Shown piece by piece: positions 60,015 to 64,000 of a stretch of 64,000 bases of DNA. The position numbers and the translations under genes were made by a program. How positions within the stretch are numbered: position 1 is the first letter of the stretch; the number at the start of each line of letters is the position of its first letter. The DNA lies in assembly GCA_964057225.1 (NCBI GenBank), contig CAXKVF010000087.1:162936-226935 (forward strand). The letters run 5' to 3'. The DNA comes from Auanema rhodensis (lineage: Eukaryota; Animalia; Nematoda). Below the pieces are notes generated by a model. It was not told the origin of the DNA. It saw nothing but the letters and a program-made list of their open reading frames with translations, and ran no database searches.

Positions 60015-62478
60015 GTAACCATGACTTTGAAATTTACGTGAACTTTAATTTATGCTAATTAAATGTACACGTGATGTGCACTTGGTATGTAACTCGCTTC
60101 ACGTGAAAGATAAAGAGATGCGGTTTTCAAAATTAGATTCCCCATGTCCATATTAGTCTAAAAACAAATTTTTATTGATATTGCTTCATGGTAACCATGA
60201 CTTTGAAATTTACGTGAACTTTAATTTATGCTAATTAAATGTACACGTGATGTGCACTTGGTATGTAACTCGCTTCACGTGAAAGATAAAGAGATGCGGT
60301 TTTCAAAATTAGATTCCCCATGTCCATATTAGTCTAAAAACAAATTTTTATTGATATTGGTTCATGGTAACCATGACTTTGAATTTTACGTGAACTTTAA
60401 TTTATGCTAATTAAATGTACACGTGATGTGCACTTGGTATGTAACTCGCTTCACGTGAAAGATAAAGAAATGCGGTTTTCAAAATTAGATTCCCCATGTC
60501 CATATTAGTCTAAAAACAAATTTTTATTGATATTGGTTCATGGTAACCATGACTTTGAAATTTACGTGAACTTTAATTTATGCTAATTAAATGTACACGT
60601 GATGTGCACTTGGTATGTAACTCGCTTCACGTGAAAGATAAAGAGATGCGGTTTTCAAAATTAGATTCCCCATGTCCATATTAGTCTAAAAACAAATTTT
60701 TATTGATATTGCTTCATGGTAACCATGACTTTGAAATTTACGTGAACTTTAATTTATGCTAATTAAATGTACACGTGATGTGCACTTGGTATGTAACTCG
60801 CTTCACGTGAAAGATAAAGAGATGCGGTTTTCAAAATTAGATTCCCCATGTCCATATTAGTCTAAAAACAAATTTTTATTGATATTGGTTCATGGTAACC
60901 ATGACTTTGAATTTTACGTGAACTTTAATTTATGCTAATTAAATGTACACGTGATGTGCACTTGGTATGTAACTCGCTTCACGTGAAAGATAAAGAGATG
61001 TGGTTTTCAAAATTAGATTCCCCATGTCCATATTAGTCTAAAAACAAATTTTTATTGATATTGGTGCATGGTAACCATGACTTTGAAATTTACGTGAACT
61101 TTAATTTATGCTAATTAAATGTACACGTGATGTGCACTTGGTATGTAACTCGCTTCACGTGAAAGATAAAGAGATGCGGTTTTCAAAATTAGATTCCCCA
61201 TGTCCATATTAGTCTAAAAACAAATTTTTATTGATATTGGTGCATGGTAACCATGACTTTGAAATTTACGTGAACTTTAATTTATGCTAATTAAATGTAC
61301 ACGTGATGTGCACTTGGTATGTAACTCGCTTCACGTGAAAGATAAAGAGATGCGGTTTTCAAAATTAGATTCCCCATGTCCATATTAGTCTAAAAACAAA
61401 TTTTTATTGATATTGGTGCATGGTAACCATGACTTTGAAATTTACGTGAACTTTAATTTATGCTAATTAAATGTACACGTGATGTGCACTTGGTATGTAA
61501 CTCGCTTCACGTGAAAGATAAAGAGATGCGGTTTTCAAAATTAGATTCCCCATGTCCATATTAGTCTAAAAACAAATTTTTATTGATATTGGTGCATGGT
61601 AACCATGACTTTGAAATTTACGTGAACTTTAATTTATGCTAATTAAATGTACACGTGATGTGCACTTGGTATGTAACTCGCTTCACGTGAAAGATAAAGA
61701 GATGCGGTTTTCAAAATTAGATTCCCCATGTCCATATTAGTCTAAAAACAAATTTTTATTGATATTGGTGCATGGTAACCATGACTTTGAAATTTACGTG
61801 AACTTTAATTTATGCTAATTAAATGTACACGTGATGTGCACTTGGTATGTAACTCGCTTCACGTGAAAGATAAAGAGATGCGGTTTTCAAAATTAGATTC
61901 CCCATGTCCATATTAGTCTAAAAACAAATTTTTATTGATATTGGTTCATGGTAACCATGACTTTGAAATTTACGTGAACTTTAATTTATGCTAATTAAAT
62001 GTACACGTGATGTGCACTTGGTATGTAACTCGCTTCACGTGAAAGATAAAGAGATGCGGTTTTCAAAATTAGATTCCCCATGTCCATATTAGTCTAAAAA
62101 CAAATTTTTATTGATATTGGTGCATGGTAACCATGACTTTGAAATTTACGTGAACTTTAATTTATGCTAATTAAATGTACACGTGATGTGCACTTGGTAT
62201 GTAACTCGCTTCACGTGAAAGATAAAGAGATGCGGTTTTCAAAATTAGATTCCCCATGTCCATATTAGTCTAAAAACAAATTTTTATTGATATTGGTGCA
62301 TGGTAACCATGACTTTGAAATTTACGTGAACTTTAATTTATGCTAATTAAATGTACACGTGATGTGCACTTGGTATGTAACTCGCTTCACGTGAAAGATA
62401 AAGAGATGCGGTTTTCAAAATTAGATTCCCCATGTCCATATTAGTCTAAAAACATATTTTTATTGATATTGGTGCATG

Positions 62479-62622
62479 GTAACCATGACTTTGAAATTTA
62501 CGTGAACTTTAATTTATGCTAATTAAATGTACACGTGAAAGATAAAGAGATGCGGTTTTCAAAATTATATTCCCCATGTCCATATTAGTCTAAAAACAAA
62601 TTAGTATTGATATTGGTTCATG
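62479..62622 (+). repeat. Truncated 144-bp monomer (32-bp internal deletion)
   Basis: Reads GTACACGTGAAAGATAAAG at 62529-62547, so the two CACGTGA copies are fused into one. The next monomer starts at 62623. Confidence 0.95.
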
Positions 62623-64000
62623 GTAACCATGACTTTGAAATTTACGTGAACTTTAATTTATGCTAATTAAATGTACACGTGATGTGCACTTGGTATGTAA
62701 CTCGCTTCACGTGAAAGATAAAGAGATGCGGTTTTCAAAATTAGATTCCCCATGTCCATATTAGTCTAAAAACAAATTTTTATTGATATTGGTGCATGGT
62801 AACCATGACTTTGAAATTTACGTGAACTTTAATTTATGCTAATTAAATGTACACGTGATGTGCACTTGGTATGTAACTCGCTTCACGTGAAAGATAAAGA
62901 GATGCGGTTTTCAAAATTAGATTTCCCATGTCCATATTAGTCTAAAAACAAATTTTTATTGATATTGGTGCATGGTAACCATGACTTTGAATTTTACGTG
63001 AACTTTAATTTATGCTAATTAAATGTACACGTGATGTGCACTTGGTATGTAACTCGCTTCACGTGAAAGATAAAGAGATGCGGTTTTCAAAATTAGATTC
63101 CCCATGTCCATATTAGTCTAAAAACAAATTTTTATTGATATTGGTGCATGGTAATCATGACTTTGAAATTTACGTGAACTTTAATTTATGCTAATTAAAT
63201 GTACACGTGATGTGCACTTGGTATGTAACTCGCTTCACGTGAAAGATAAAGAGATGCGGTTTTCAAAATTAGATTCCCCATGTCCATATTAGTCTAAAAA
63301 CAAATTTTTATTGATATTGGTGCATGGTAGCCATGACTTTGAAATTTACGTGAACTTTAATTTATGCTAATTAAATGTACACGTGATGTGCACTTGGTAT
63401 GTAACTCGCTTCACGTGAAAGATAAAGAGATGCGGTTTTCAAAATTAGATTCCCCATGTCCATATTAGTCTAAATACAAATTTTTATTGATATTGGTGCA
63501 TGGTAACCATGACTTTGAAATTTACGTGAACTTTAATTTATGCTAATTAAATGTACACGTGATGTGCACTTGGTATGTAACTCGCTTCACGTGAAAGATA
63601 AAGAGATGCGGTTTTCAAAATTAGATTCCCCATGTCCATATTAGTCTAAAAACAAATTTTTATTGATATTGGTTCATGGTAACCATGACTTTGAAATTTA
63701 CGTGAACTTTAATTTATGCTAATTAAATGTACACGTGATGTGCACTTGGTATGTAACTCGCTTCACGTGAAAGATAAAGAGATGCGGTTTTCAAAATTAG
63801 ATTCCCCATGTCCATATTAGTCTAAAAACAAATTTTTATTGATATTGGTGCATGGTAACCATGACTTTGAAATTTACGTGAACTTTAATTTATGCTAATT
63901 AAATGTACACGTGATGTGCACTTGGTATGTAACTCGCTTCACGTGAAAGATAAAGAGATGCGGTTTTCAAAATTAGATTTCCCATGTCCATATTAGTCTA

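Larger units (their letters stand above)
1..64000. repeat. 176-bp tandem satellite DNA array (about 363.8 copies), highly homogeneous, candidate centromeric/pericentromeric satellite
   Basis: GTAACCATGA recurs at 1, 177, 353 ... 2641 (15x176+1), 5281 etc. Phase is exact until 53386, then shifts by -1, -1 and -32. The last monomer starts at 63855. No non-satellite sequence or inverted copy seen. The array itself is certain; a centromeric role is inference. Confidence 0.99.

Noticed and set aside
1-64000. CRISPR-like array with palindromic repeats
   Set aside because: No unique spacers (whole units are near-identical), the period is too long, and there are no cas genes or leader.
1-64000. A single regular HOR period, or information encoded in allele order
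   Set aside because: Offsets vary from 1 to 20 monomers, and local duplication explains the order. The apparent 2640-bp visual periodicity is just the least common multiple of 176 and the 60-base line width.

Overview
The whole 64-kb window is one uninterrupted, head-to-tail, single-orientation tandem satellite array of a 176-bp AT-rich monomer (about 32% GC by hand count). It holds 363 complete monomers plus a 146-bp partial one, and both ends are open. Consensus, phased at position 1: GTAACCATGACTTTGAAATTTACGTGAACTTTAATTTATGCTAATTAAATGTACACGTGATGTGCACTTGGTATGTAACTCGCTTCACGTGAAAGATAAAGAGATGCGGTTTTCAAAATTAGATTCCCCATGTCCATATTAGTCTAAAAACAAATTTTTATTGATATTGGTTCATG. Most copies differ from it by 0-3 substitutions. 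Size, AT content and homogeneity resemble a eukaryotic (peri)centromeric satellite, but I do not recognise the family or host. I found no genes, RNA genes, transposons or CRISPR spacers, and the single ORF is a by-product of one stop-removing SNP. The informative structure is: (i) a monomer dense in dyads, with three ACGTGA cores spaced 33 and 32 bp apart; (ii) one tri-allelic site that forms regional domains; (iii) many local, nested block duplications (2- to 20-monomer offsets) with no fixed higher-order repeat; (iv) only three indels, one a 32-bp microhomology deletion in a more divergent zone near 62.5 kb. I cannot support a novel gene system here. All variant calls were made by eye. Notation: mN is monomer number N, and variants such as T124A use monomer positions.
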